The translations under genes and the position numbers were made by a program. Under the pieces are notes generated by a model. That model ran no database searches, was not told the origin of the DNA, and worked only from the letters and a program-made list of their open reading frames with translations. Below, in pieces: positions 1-9,667 of a stretch of DNA of 64,000 nt (the stretch's first letter is position 1; each line of letters begins with the position of its first letter). Source of the stretch: an uncultured Clostridia bacterium (GTDB taxonomy: Bacteria; Bacillota; Clostridia; Christensenellales; UBA1242); NCBI GenBank assembly GCA_934747385.1, contig CAKVGK010000002.1:66436-130435 (forward strand), in the 5' to 3' direction.

Positions 1-836
1 TGTTTGAGTATTACAGCAAGAACAAACAGGTTGGCGAAAAGTACGAATTTGCAAAATCTCAAATTTTTAAGATTGTTGAGGCGGACGAGCGTTTAAAAGT
101 TAATATCAATAGTCCAGTGCTTGTCAATTTGATTGACGAAACATTGCGCGTATTAAACGGTGTGGACTATATCGATGCAAACTCCAATTTTAAACCAGAA
201 AAATTTGAATACGCCTTCAATGGCAGCAGTTCGTTAAACCTTGGCAGTGCAAAACTTGTTGGAAAGGTGGACAGAATTGACAGCGACGGAACAAACCTCC
301 GTATTATAGACTACAAAACAGGCAGAGCGGAAGCAAGTTTAAAGGAACTTTATTACGGCAACAAACTGCAATTATTTTTGTACGCCTGCGCAATGGAAAA
401 AAATTTCCGCCGCAAAGTGGTTGGAGAATTCTATTTGCCGTTGCACAATAATTATACAACTGAAAAGAACAACTATTCATTAAAAGGCTTTTTTGAAAAC
501 ACAGAAGATAATGTCAAAAATTTGGACAATCGTCTAACCGCGGGAGATAAGAGCGACATTGTCAATATCACACTTTCCAAAGAAAATTTGGCAAGAAAAT
601 ATAGCGACAAAGAGTTAACTACTTCTCAAATGGAACTTCTTAAAAATTATGCACAAACAGTTTCAAAGCAAGCAATTCACGAAATTGAATCAGGCTACAT
701 TTTGCCAACGCCAACAGGTGTTAACTCGCCTTGCGAAAGTTGCCCATACAACCAAATCTGTTTGAAAGACAGCAACGCCGTTGTTCAACGCAAACCAAAG
801 CAGGTGGACATTGCAAGTTTTGGAGGTGAACAATGA
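1..836 (+). CDS. addB: ATP-dependent helicase/nuclease subunit B (AddB/RexB), C-terminal part; gene runs off the 5' edge
   Basis: Frame is open from nt 3. Nuclease motif GKVDRID...IIDYKTG and terminal Fe-S cysteines CESCPYNQIC (CxxCx5C). Stop overlaps the addA start (ATGA). Confidence 0.8.
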   Translation, partial: FEYYSKNKQVGEKYEFAKSQIFKIVEADERLKVNINSPVLVNLIDETLRVLNGVDYIDANSNFKPEKFEYAFNGSSSLNLGSAKLVGKVDRIDSDGTNLRIIDYKTGRAEASLKELYYGNKLQLFLYACAMEKNFRRKVVGEFYLPLHNNYTTEKNNYSLKGFFENTEDNVKNLDNRLTAGDKSDIVNITLSKENLARKYSDKELTTSQMELLKNYAQTVSKQAIHEIESGYILPTPTGVNSPCESCPYNQICLKDSNAVVQRKPKQVDIASFGGEQ

Positions 837-3800
837 ATTTTGAACCAATACAATTAAAAATTATCGACGATTTGAACAAAAATCAATTGGTTAGTGCAGG
901 GGCAGGCAGCGGCAAAACCACTGTCATGATTGAAAAAATTGCCAATTTGATAATAAATCAAGACGTGCCAATTTCATCTCTTTTGGTTGTGACCTTCACC
1001 GTTTTGGCGGCAACGGAAATGAAACAGCGCCTTGAAAACAAGTTAAAGCAAAAACTTGCAGAGTGCGACAATTTGCCTGTTTCAACTGACATAATTGAAG
1101 AAAAAAAGCGCAAAATCTTAAACAAACTTGACCAAATTCAAACCGCCAGCATAGACACAATTGATGGCTTTAATTCAAAAACAATAAAAAAATATTTTTA
1201 TGAACTGAACATTAACCCTAATATTCAAATCATTTCTGACACAACTAAAGATTATTACATTAATCGTGCCATGAAACGTGCCATTGAAACCATAAGTAAA
1301 GATAGCAACAAAATTAACGTGCTGCTGGATTTGTATGGCGGAAATGCACGCAATTTGACCACTCTTCAGCAGCAAATAATTGATATTTACAACAACATTA
1401 TTAATTTGGAAGACTATGTTGCATTCCTGCTTGACGCCAAAAATGAATATATAACAAACGAAAAAAGTGAGCAGATTGTTAACAAATTCATTTTGCAAAA
1501 GGCAAACAATTTAAACCGTGCTTTAATTGAAGATAATTTCGCTTACCCAGCCGATATTAAGCAAAAAATTGATGCAAATTTGTTGGAATTGCAAAAATTG
1601 AATGCGGCAGTTGGGCTAAAAGCCAATTTGGTTGCGTTGGAAACTGTTAATTTGGCAACTTTCACTCCAAAACAAGTCAAAGAGTATGACGCTCTTTCAT
1701 TCTTAAATGGAAAAATTAAAGAGTTTTTGGAGGTTGCAAAACAACTTGAAGAAGCGGGCATAAACAAAAACTATGATTTGCAAAATGAAAAAATTGCAAC
1801 ATATTTTTCCTATGTTTTGGATTTGCTTGAACTTTTTATGCAGAACTACGAAAACATAAAACGAAAAAACAATTTAATGGATTTTAACGATATGTCCCGC
1901 AAAATGCTTGAACTTTTGGCAAACGACAGGGTGAGGGAAGAATTACAACAGAAATTTGCTTATATTTTTATTGACGAATATCAAGACGTAAACCCTTTGC
2001 AAGACAAAATTCTTATGTGCCTTGCCGGAGCAAACACAAAAGTGTTCATGGTAGGCGATGTTAAGCAATCAATTTACGGTTTCCGCGGTTCAAGCCCAGA
2101 ATGGTTTTTGCAAAAATATAACAATTATAAGAAAAACGAACAGACTGGCACAGCTTTTGACATGAACATTAATTACCGCAGCAATCCATTAATTTTGCAA
2201 TTTATCAACCAAATTTTTGAGCAATTGATGACAGTTTCGTCAGCCGACATTGACTATAAAGGCAGTTCACAAATTGAGCCAAGGCGAGAAGATATTTTGG
2301 ACGAAAAACCAAAAATTCTGCTTGTGAACACCGACAATGAAAAGCAGGTTGCAACTGGCGTTTATAGCGTTAAAGAAGACATAATTTCAAACACCAACAA
2401 CCCATTAACCTATCAATGCGCACTTGTGTTGAAAACAATAACTGAGTTGATTGGAACAAAATTTTATGACGCAAATTTGAAGCAAGAAAGAATGTTGACT
2501 TATGCCGACATTGCAATTCTGTCCCGTTCAACAGACGATGATGCTTCTCAAGCGTTGGTTGAAATGCTGAGGCAGAATTGCGTGCCATTAAATATGAATA
2601 ATAAACTGGAAACAAAGGCAAGTGAGGGCGTTAAACTGATTTTGTCCATTTTAAAATGCGTTGCACACACTGCTGATGACGTGGATTATTTGGCAACTTT
2701 TATGGCCTTAACTGACATTCAACTTGATGAAATTTTGGTTTTCCGCAACACCAAAAATAGTTTGTTGGAAGATTTTAATTTAAACATTCAAAACCCAAAA
2801 ATTGCCACAGGGTTTGAAAAATTAAATCAAATTGGTCTGCAATCAAAAGTCTGCACAAATTCTCAACTTGTGCGTTACATTTTAAATTTAGGTGTTAAAA
2901 ATTACCTATATGCAACCCAGTTTGGCAACAAAGAAATTGACTTAATTGAACAATTTTTGAACTCGCTGTCAGTTGAAAATTCGCTTTCTTTGGCTGAATT
3001 CATTGCTGTTGTTGAAACCAACATTAGCCGCGGAAATGACTATATGGATATGGATAAAGAAGATAGTGTAACATTTCAAACAATCCACAAAAGCAAAGGC
3101 TTGGAATATCCAGTTGTTATATTGTTCAACGCAAACAAACAGTTTTCTTACCTTCGTGACCATGACGACATTTCGTTCAACGCGTCCGTTGGTCTTGGGG
3201 TCAATGATTACGATTTTGTTAACCGAACTAAACAATATAGTTTGCCAAAATATGCAATTAAGGTTTTAAATTCAAGCAAGGGTTATAAGGAAGAGTTGCG
3301 TCTGCTTTATGTTGCGCTGACACGAGCAAAAAACAAGTTGATTATAACAGGTCAGTACTCAAAAAAACAGTTTGAAAAAGAGGTTAAAAAAACAAGTTAC
3401 CTCAACATGATTTTGTCTTGCTATCAGCAGGCAATTTTGACAGGAAAAACTGACTTTGAATTATGCCAATTTGAATTTTTTGACGACGTGGAACACAACA
3501 CAGTAAGTTCAAACATGGTTGTGCCAGTAATTGATTTTAAAGGCGAAAATTTTGAGTATAAAAACACAGACCAATTTTCAATTTCAATCAAAAACTCGGT
3601 TACTGGTTTGAATTCAAAACAAAGCGAAAACTTAAAATTTGAAACCAAAGCATGGATGACCCCAAAAACCCAGTATTTGGCGGAAGAAGACAAAGCATTG
3701 ATAGGCACTCACTATCACAAGGCTTTGGAATTGTTGGATTTAACAAAAGAATATCAGCAAAACACAAATTTTGAAGACGTTGACTATCAAAAAATTAAAC

Positions 3801-4129
3801 GAGCACACCAAAATTTATCAAAACTTGTTGTTGGGGCAAAAACAATAAAAAAAGAAGCGGATTTTATGAGTTATTTGCCGTATAACGAATTGGTTAAATC
3901 TTCCAGCGTTGCAGAAAAAGTTCTCGTGCAAGGTGTGCTTGATATGCTCATTGAATTTGAAGACCATTTTGACATTGTGGACTATAAATTTTCTAATTTA
4001 AAAGCTAACATTTTAAAACAAAAATATGCCGAGCAATTGCAGTTGTACAAATTGGCTGTTGAAAAAGCCTTCAACAAAAAAGTTGAGCATATGTACATTT
4101 ATTCAATCAACACCGGCGAACTTGTTTAA
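833..4129 (+). CDS. addA: ATP-dependent helicase/nuclease subunit A (AddA/RexA, UvrD-like)
   Basis: Walker A GAGSGKT, DEYQD, UvrD-type motifs (VGDVKQSIYGFRG, TIHKSKGLEYP, YVALTRAK). C-terminal PD-(D/E)xK motif DMLIEF..IVDYK. Confidence 0.88.
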   Translation: MNFEPIQLKIIDDLNKNQLVSAGAGSGKTTVMIEKIANLIINQDVPISSLLVVTFTVLAATEMKQRLENKLKQKLAECDNLPVSTDIIEEKKRKILNKLDQIQTASIDTIDGFNSKTIKKYFYELNINPNIQIISDTTKDYYINRAMKRAIETISKDSNKINVLLDLYGGNARNLTTLQQQIIDIYNNIINLEDYVAFLLDAKNEYITNEKSEQIVNKFILQKANNLNRALIEDNFAYPADIKQKIDANLLELQKLNAAVGLKANLVALETVNLATFTPKQVKEYDALSFLNGKIKEFLEVAKQLEEAGINKNYDLQNEKIATYFSYVLDLLELFMQNYENIKRKNNLMDFNDMSRKMLELLANDRVREELQQKFAYIFIDEYQDVNPLQDKILMCLAGANTKVFMVGDVKQSIYGFRGSSPEWFLQKYNNYKKNEQTGTAFDMNINYRSNPLILQFINQIFEQLMTVSSADIDYKGSSQIEPRREDILDEKPKILLVNTDNEKQVATGVYSVKEDIISNTNNPLTYQCALVLKTITELIGTKFYDANLKQERMLTYADIAILSRSTDDDASQALVEMLRQNCVPLNMNNKLETKASEGVKLILSILKCVAHTADDVDYLATFMALTDIQLDEILVFRNTKNSLLEDFNLNIQNPKIATGFEKLNQIGLQSKVCTNSQLVRYILNLGVKNYLYATQFGNKEIDLIEQFLNSLSVENSLSLAEFIAVVETNISRGNDYMDMDKEDSVTFQTIHKSKGLEYPVVILFNANKQFSYLRDHDDISFNASVGLGVNDYDFVNRTKQYSLPKYAIKVLNSSKGYKEELRLLYVALTRAKNKLIITGQYSKKQFEKEVKKTSYLNMILSCYQQAILTGKTDFELCQFEFFDDVEHNTVSSNMVVPVIDFKGENFEYKNTDQFSISIKNSVTGLNSKQSENLKFETKAWMTPKTQYLAEEDKALIGTHYHKALELLDLTKEYQQNTNFEDVDYQKIKRAHQNLSKLVVGAKTIKKEADFMSYLPYNELVKSSSVAEKVLVQGVLDMLIEFEDHFDIVDYKFSNLKANILKQKYAEQLQLYKLAVEKAFNKKVEHMYIYSINTGELV

Positions 4130-4176
4130 AATTCAAAAATCTGGAGTCGTCGATTTATTGTATATAAAAGTGATTG

Positions 4177-4322
4177 CGAGGAAGCGGTGAGAGTAATTAA
4201 AATTATTATGCTCATAATAAATTATGAGCTATTATAATTAGCTCACATGAAAGTAGTTCGAGGAAGCGGTGAGAGTAATTAAAATTTTTATGCTCATAAT
4301 AAATTATGAGCTATTTTAATTA
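4177..4322 (+). repeat. Two 64-bp direct repeats (4177-4240 and 4259-4322, 2 mismatches), each carrying a perfect 8-bp hairpin gctcataa-taaa-ttatgagc
   Basis: Direct reading of the sequence. The second copy contains the ATG of ORF 4306 inside the 3' arm of the hairpin. The first copy has the same ATG followed by a stop after 5 codons. Confidence 0.85.
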
Positions 4323-4530
4323 CCACGCGAAAGCAAAAAATTTAATTAAAACTAATCATTTATTGGCAGTCACAATTTTTGATAATTATCACCATATATA
4401 CCCAGCCATGGTGCTTTATTTTGACACTAGCAAACCAATTCCAATTAGGGAGTACATGTGGGACGAATATTTACCATTAATAAAGCAAGCCGATGTTAAA
4501 ATTGCGGACAAGCGCACAATAATGCAATAA
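4306..4530 (+). CDS. Hypothetical 74-aa protein
   Basis: ORF followed by a strong bidirectional terminator. No Shine-Dalgarno, and the start codon lies in a hairpin arm. No family recognised. Confidence 0.4.
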   Translation: MSYFNYHAKAKNLIKTNHLLAVTIFDNYHHIYPAMVLYFDTSKPIPIREYMWDEYLPLIKQADVKIADKRTIMQ

Positions 4531-4554
4531 AAATCGAACTTAAATTATCGCAAC

Positions 4555-4583
4555 AAAAAACCACTATCGAATAGTGGTTTTTT
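4555..4583. terminator. Bidirectional intrinsic terminator
   Basis: aaaaaa-ccactat-cga-atagtgg-tttttt lies between convergent ORFs 4306-4530 (+) and 4597-5118 (-). Confidence 0.7.
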
Positions 4584-4596
4584 AATTAAACTATGT

Positions 4597-5118
4597 TTAG
4601 ACGTTTGCAATTTCAATTGCACCAGTTTTTTCGAATTTTTCTATAACTTTTTTGTAGTCAATGCCAAGTTTAACAAATCTGTAAACAAAATAGCCCATAA
4701 CACCGGCAATGATGATTGCAATAATTGCAATGTGCCAGCCTTCCACAAATTCATTTAAAACAATTGAAGCTTTTGGGGCACCATAAACTCTGTCTTTAAC
4801 GCTTGTAAGAGCCTCACATTCAGCCTTTGTTTTTAAATTGCTGTCTGTAATGGCGTTTGCTGTTAATTTTGTGCCGTCACTATTTGGATTGTAGTACAAA
4901 ACGAAATACTGGTCTTTTTTCACTTCAATGCAATAAGCGGTTGTTTCAGTTGAGGTTGAAATTGAACCTTGACCATATTTCATGTAAGAACTAATGCCAA
5001 TTGAATAAATCATTCCGCACATTAAAACAACAGCAATAAAACAAGCAAAAAATGCAATTGCAGTTTTAAGCCCCATTTCAATGAATTCACGCTTTCTCAT
5101 TTTTTTAATGAATTCCAT
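4597..5118 (-). CDS. Hypothetical membrane protein (two predicted TM segments)
   Basis: Hydrophobic stretches TAIAFFACFIAVVLMCGMIY and IAIIAIIIAGVMGYFVY. No recognisable domain. Confidence 0.55.
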   Translation of the reverse strand: MEFIKKMRKREFIEMGLKTAIAFFACFIAVVLMCGMIYSIGISSYMKYGQGSISTSTETTAYCIEVKKDQYFVLYYNPNSDGTKLTANAITDSNLKTKAECEALTSVKDRVYGAPKASIVLNEFVEGWHIAIIAIIIAGVMGYFVYRFVKLGIDYKKVIEKFEKTGAIEIANV

Positions 5119-5308
5119 AATAACTCCTAAACAAAAACCCCGTTATTAACACACCAAGGTTATATAATATACAAATAGAATATAAGATTTTTGCGTAATT
5201 GTAAAGCAATTTCGACAATTTTTTTTGTTTTCCATGTCAAAAAACCTTGTTTAAAAAAAAGTTTTCCACATTCTTTACAAATTTAACACTTTGTGTTATC
5301 ATGTTAGC

Positions 5309-5701
5309 ATGATAAATTATGCAAACGATTTGGTGTTCCAAAAGAATGCGTTAACTCTGGCTTATTTGGGTGACGCTGTGTTCACCTTGATGGTTAGAGA
5401 TTGGCTTGTGACAAAAACAGATTTTAAAGCAAACGGGCTTAATAAAATTGCAAACAAAATAGTTTGTGCAAAAAATCAAGCAGTCATAATGCAGCAACTC
5501 AAAGAGGAATTGAATGGAGAAGAATTGGATTTGGTTCTTCGTGCAAGAAATGCCCACCCAAACAATAAGGCAAAAAACAGCAGTTATGAGGAGTATAGTT
5601 TGGCAACTCAGTTTGAAGCATTAGTCGGGTTTTGGCATTTAAAGAAAGAAAATGAAAAGTTAAAAAATATGTTTGAAAGGTTTGTGGAGAATAAATTATG
5701 A
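5309..5701 (+). CDS. mrnC: Mini-ribonuclease III
   Basis: LAYLGDAVFTLMVRDWL and FEALVGF motifs typical of Mini-III. Sits upstream of rlmB and sigH as in Bacillus. The start could also be TTG 5291. Confidence 0.8.
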   Translation: MINYANDLVFQKNALTLAYLGDAVFTLMVRDWLVTKTDFKANGLNKIANKIVCAKNQAVIMQQLKEELNGEELDLVLRARNAHPNNKAKNSSYEEYSLATQFEALVGFWHLKKENEKLKNMFERFVENKL

Positions 5702-6417
5702 TAGTTGAAGGAATAAACGTTGTTAGAGAACTTATCAGTTCACGTTCGCAAATAGACAAAATTTTGGCAGAAAAATGCAACAACAGCGAAATAAACAACA
5801 TTGTTGAAGCAGCAAGAAAGTTAAAAATTCCAGTTGAAATTGTGGATAAAGATTTGCTTGAAAAAATCAACAAGGGCAAAACTCAGGGTGTATTGGCTTA
5901 TGTTCCAAATTTTCATTATGCAGACGTTGATGAAATTCTTGAAGTTGCAAAACAAAAGGGCAAAGCCCCATTTATTGTTATTTTAGACAGCATTGTTGAC
6001 CCACACAATGTTGGTGCAATTATTCGAACTTGCGAGTGTGCAGGAGTGGACGGAGTTATAATCCCAGAAAATCGCGCTTGTTTGGTTAACGAAACAGTTT
6101 ACAAAACCAGCGTTGGTGCAGTTAGTCACATTAAGGTTGCTCTTGTTAAAAACTTAACACGCACAATTGAATATTTAAAACAACTTGGTATTTGGACATA
6201 TGCTTTGGAAGCGGGCAGCAAACGCATTTATGACGCAGATTTCACATACCCAACCGCATTAATTATTGGCAGCGAGGGCAAGGGGGTGTCACGTTTGGTT
6301 AAGGAAACAGCCGATGAGGTGCTTTCGTTGGACATGTATGGTTTGGTTAACAGCCTTAACGCTTCATGTGCTGGCGCAATTGCTATTTATGAAGTTGTTA
6401 GACAAAGGCGCAATTAG
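5698..6417 (+). CDS. rlmB: 23S rRNA 2'-O-ribose methyltransferase, SpoU/TrmH family (RlmB/YacO-like)
   Basis: SpoU motifs DPHNVGAIIRT, LIIGSEGKGVS, SLNASCAGAIAIYE. ATGA overlap with mrnC. Confidence 0.85.
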   Translation: MIVEGINVVRELISSRSQIDKILAEKCNNSEINNIVEAARKLKIPVEIVDKDLLEKINKGKTQGVLAYVPNFHYADVDEILEVAKQKGKAPFIVILDSIVDPHNVGAIIRTCECAGVDGVIIPENRACLVNETVYKTSVGAVSHIKVALVKNLTRTIEYLKQLGIWTYALEAGSKRIYDADFTYPTALIIGSEGKGVSRLVKETADEVLSLDMYGLVNSLNASCAGAIAIYEVVRQRRN

Positions 6418-6425
6418 GAGAGAAT

Positions 6426-7019
6426 TTGAACACAGAAGAATTGATAGCAAAAGCTCAACAAGGCGATGAGACGGCAATGGAAAACATTGTTAACCTTTTT
6501 CGCGCCAAAGTGACGGCAATTTCACGTGAATATTTCCTTGTTGGTGCTGGGCTTGATGATATCATTCAGGAGGGCATGATTGGCTTGTTCAAAGCGGTGT
6601 ATAGTTACAATGCAGAAAAAAATCACAGTTTCAGTTCTTACGCATCCCTTTGTATTGAACGCCAAATTCAAACGGCAATAAAAAACGCAAATCGCAAAAA
6701 AAACGGTCCGTTGAACAGTTATGTTCCAATCAGTCAGTTTGACGACCGCGATGACGACGACGAAAAACTTAAACTTGTTTTGGTTGACGATGAAAGTGAT
6801 TTCGAACAAAAATATATAAATCGTGAACTCAATGTTGTTGTTATGAGCAAAATCAAAACTCTGCTTTCAAACGAACAATTTAAACTTTTAAAAATGTTTT
6901 TAAACGGCAAAAGTTATGCTGAAATGGCACAAACTTTAAACATTTCAACCAAGCAGGTGGACAACAATCTGCAAGCAATAAAACGCATACTAAAATCTTT
7001 AAAAGGAGAAATTCAATGA
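6426..7019 (+). CDS. sigH: RNA polymerase sigma factor, SigH-like
   Basis: TTG start. Region 2 DDIIQEGMIGLFKAVYSY..SF..YASLCIERQI and a C-terminal HTH SYAEMAQTLNISTKQVDN. Position after rlmB matches Bacillus sigH. Confidence 0.8.
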   Translation: MNTEELIAKAQQGDETAMENIVNLFRAKVTAISREYFLVGAGLDDIIQEGMIGLFKAVYSYNAEKNHSFSSYASLCIERQIQTAIKNANRKKNGPLNSYVPISQFDDRDDDDEKLKLVLVDDESDFEQKYINRELNVVVMSKIKTLLSNEQFKLLKMFLNGKSYAEMAQTLNISTKQVDNNLQAIKRILKSLKGEIQ

Positions 7020-8503
7020 GTTTAGCATTATATCGTGAGTTTAGACCAAAAAATTTTGACGACGTCATCGGTCAGGATTACATTGTTCAAACTTTAAAAA
7101 ATCAAGTTAAAACGGGCAATTTGTCGCATGCGTATTTGTTCTGCGGTCCTCGCGGCACAGGCAAAACAAGCACTGCAAAAATTTTCGCTCGTGCGGTTAA
7201 CTGCACTCATTCAACAGATGGCAACCCTTGCGGTTTGTGTGCTGAATGCGTGGCTTTAAGCAACCCAAACACTGACATTTTTGAAATTGACGCTGCGTCA
7301 AACAACCGCGTTGAGGAAATTAGAGATTTACGTGAAAAAGTTGCATTCCCTCCATTGATTGGCAAATATAAAGTGTATATTGTGGACGAAGTGCACATGC
7401 TCACAGATAGCGCATTCAACGCTTTGCTTAAAACATTGGAGGAACCACCTCAACACGCGATTTTCATTTTGGCAACAACAGAAATTCACAAACTGCCAGC
7501 CACAATTTTAAGTCGCTGCATGCGTTTTGACTTTAAACTTTTGCCAGTAAGTTTGTTAAGTCAGCACTTAAAAAATGTTTTTGACAAACGTGGCATCAGT
7601 TATGACGAAAAATCCTTGCACCTTATTGCAAAAGCGGGCGAGGGAAGTGTGCGTGATATGCTTTCAATTGCAGATAGTGTTGCGGCATATTGCAACAATC
7701 AAATCACATGGGCACAAACAGAAAGCGTTATAGGTTTGTCCAGCAAAGATAACATTAAGGAAATTTTAACTAGCATTGCAAACAAAGACATTAACAAGTT
7801 GTTTGTTGCAATCCGCAAAGCCTTAGGAACAGGCAAAAACATTCAAGTCCTTTGCAAAGAAATGGCAGATTTTATCAAAAACCTCATCATGATTAAAGTT
7901 GGCGTGGGGGATTACGCAGTGTTGGACATTTTGCCAGGAGAGTTTGCAACTTACAACGACATTGCTTCGCAGTTTGACATAAATTATTTAAAAATGGCAT
8001 TTAGTCGTTTTGCCAGTGTTGAATTGGATTTAAAATACAGTATAAACCCAGAAAATTTGTTTGAATCAACCTGCTTGGATTTGGTTTCCGCTCCAACAGT
8101 GTTGCCAGCGCAGCCAGTTGTATTCAATGCACCAGTTCAACCGCAAGTTGTTCAACAAAAGCAAGAACCTGCGGCAGTTAGTTCAAACGAAACTGACAAG
8201 GTGTGGGGTAATGTGCTAATCAAGGCAAAAGAACGTAACTTGTTTGCGCTTTCAAATGCTCTTATTAATGTAACAAAGGTGGAAAAAAAGTTAAATTGCT
8301 TGATTATTCACACAAATGATTTGGGCTCGTTCCAAATGATTGACAATAAAGAACGTCTTAATGTAATATTGGAATTGGTGAATTTGTTTGATGACAACAT
8401 TAAAATAGTTGAAGTGGAATATGATAAATCAAATGTGTCCACTCAAGACGTTAAGGACAGTTTGAAAGGCGCATTTAAGTCAAAAATCAAATTTAAAGAA
8501 TAA
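7016..8503 (+). CDS. dnaX: DNA polymerase III subunit gamma/tau
   Basis: GPRGTGKTS Walker A, zinc module CGLCAEC, DEVHML, SRC motif (LSRCMRF). Confidence 0.92.
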   Translation: MSLALYREFRPKNFDDVIGQDYIVQTLKNQVKTGNLSHAYLFCGPRGTGKTSTAKIFARAVNCTHSTDGNPCGLCAECVALSNPNTDIFEIDAASNNRVEEIRDLREKVAFPPLIGKYKVYIVDEVHMLTDSAFNALLKTLEEPPQHAIFILATTEIHKLPATILSRCMRFDFKLLPVSLLSQHLKNVFDKRGISYDEKSLHLIAKAGEGSVRDMLSIADSVAAYCNNQITWAQTESVIGLSSKDNIKEILTSIANKDINKLFVAIRKALGTGKNIQVLCKEMADFIKNLIMIKVGVGDYAVLDILPGEFATYNDIASQFDINYLKMAFSRFASVELDLKYSINPENLFESTCLDLVSAPTVLPAQPVVFNAPVQPQVVQQKQEPAAVSSNETDKVWGNVLIKAKERNLFALSNALINVTKVEKKLNCLIIHTNDLGSFQMIDNKERLNVILELVNLFDDNIKIVEVEYDKSNVSTQDVKDSLKGAFKSKIKFKE

Positions 8504-8522
8504 ATTTTAAGGAGAAAAAATT

Positions 8523-8849
8523 ATGGCATATGGTGGTTTTGGTGGCGGAATGAATATGAACGCCCTCATGCAACAGGCTCGCAAAATGCAAGAACAAATG
8601 GAAAAAGCACAGCAAGAATTGGAAGCTAGTGAAGTTGTTGGCAAAGCCGGCGGCGATATGGTTCAAATAACAATGACAGGCAAAAAGGAATTAAAGTCGG
8701 TTAAACTTAACAAAAATGCGGTTGACCCAGACGATGTTGAAATGCTTGAAGATTTGCTTGTTGTTGCTTTTAACGACGCAATTGCAAAAGCAGACGAATT
8801 GAGTAAAGACAAAATGGGTGCAATGGGCGGCCTTGGTGGGTTAATGTAA
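8523..8849 (+). CDS. ybaB: Nucleoid-associated protein YbaB/EbfC
   Basis: Typical 108-aa sequence (MQQARKMQEQMEKAQQEL...GGG) between dnaX and recR. SD aaggag. Confidence 0.9.
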   Translation: MAYGGFGGGMNMNALMQQARKMQEQMEKAQQELEASEVVGKAGGDMVQITMTGKKELKSVKLNKNAVDPDDVEMLEDLLVVAFNDAIAKADELSKDKMGAMGGLGGLM

Positions 8850-9442
8850 TGAACCAAATTGACTCAATGGAAAGGTTGGTTAATGAATTTTCGCACTTAC
8901 CAGGTGTGGGCAAAAAAACAGCCCAAAGGTATGCTTATTTTTTGCTTACCCTTAACGAAGCGGAAGTGAGAGATTTTGCCGACGCAATGGTCGCAGCAAA
9001 GCAAACCATTCATTACTGCAAGGTTTGTGCAAATTTCACAGATAAGGAGATTTGTGACATTTGTTCTCGCCCTAAAAAAGACAACATAATTTGTGTTGTT
9101 AAAGAACCTAAAGACGTAACTGCACTTGAAAAAGTGCGCGAATTTAATGGCACTTACCATGTTCTTCATGGCGTAATCAATCCGCTTGAGGGCAAAGGTC
9201 CAAACGACATTAACATTAAATCGCTTTTAGCACGCGTGCAAGCTGAAAATATTGCCGAAGTCATTGTTGCAACTAACCCGGACGTGGAAGGTGAGGCAAC
9301 CGCAATGTATATTGCAAATTTGCTTAAACCTCTTGGCGTTAAAGTAACACGCATTGCACAAGGTGTCAGCATGGGCAGCGAGTTGGAATATACCGACGCA
9401 ATCACACTTTCAAAAGCACTTCAATCTCGTCGTGAAATGTAA
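8849..9442 (+). CDS. recR: Recombination protein RecR
   Basis: HhH LPGVGKKTAQR, C4 zinc finger CKVCANF..CDIC, Toprim domain. Confidence 0.95.
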   Translation: MNQIDSMERLVNEFSHLPGVGKKTAQRYAYFLLTLNEAEVRDFADAMVAAKQTIHYCKVCANFTDKEICDICSRPKKDNIICVVKEPKDVTALEKVREFNGTYHVLHGVINPLEGKGPNDINIKSLLARVQAENIAEVIVATNPDVEGEATAMYIANLLKPLGVKVTRIAQGVSMGSELEYTDAITLSKALQSRREM

Positions 9443-9470
9443 TCTAAAAGAAACGCTTGAACGCTGAACA

Positions 9471-9537
9471 CTCTCGGTATAACAAAGTTAAGGATTAGTA
9501 TGACATACCGAGAAGCGGAAGCGCAGCGAGTGTATCT
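9471..9537. repeat. REP-like element (member of the ATACCGAG ... CGAGTGTATCT family)
   Basis: ctctcggtat and ataccgagaa form an inverted pair, followed by gcggaagcgcagcgagtgtatct. Intergenic between convergent recR and secA. Confidence 0.55.
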
Positions 9538-9544
9538 AAAGAAC

Positions 9545-9574
9545 AAAAAACCCATCATAACGATGAGTTTTTTT
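9545..9574. terminator. Bidirectional intrinsic terminator (recR / secA)
   Basis: aaaaaac-ccatc-ataac-gatgag-ttttttt. Near-identical in design to the terminator at 49694-49724. Confidence 0.6.
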
Positions 9575-9667
9575 ATGTGTGAATATTTGAAAGTTTAAAA
9601 TAAAGTCAAAACAAATTTTTATTGCAATGTTTTTAAACTAAACTTTCAATTTTTTTTTATGACAGGC

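Noticed and set aside
4177-4322. Possible CRISPR array, or a tandem repeat array.
   Set aside because: There are only two repeat units. The 18-nt stretch between them is too short for a spacer. The units contain promoter-like and ORF-start sequence, and no cas genes occur anywhere in the window.
7016-8503. Programmed ribosomal frameshift site in dnaX, as in E. coli gamma/tau.
   Set aside because: I saw no A-AAA-AAG-type slippery heptamer with a downstream hairpin in the relevant middle part of the gene. Firmicutes generally make only the full-length product.
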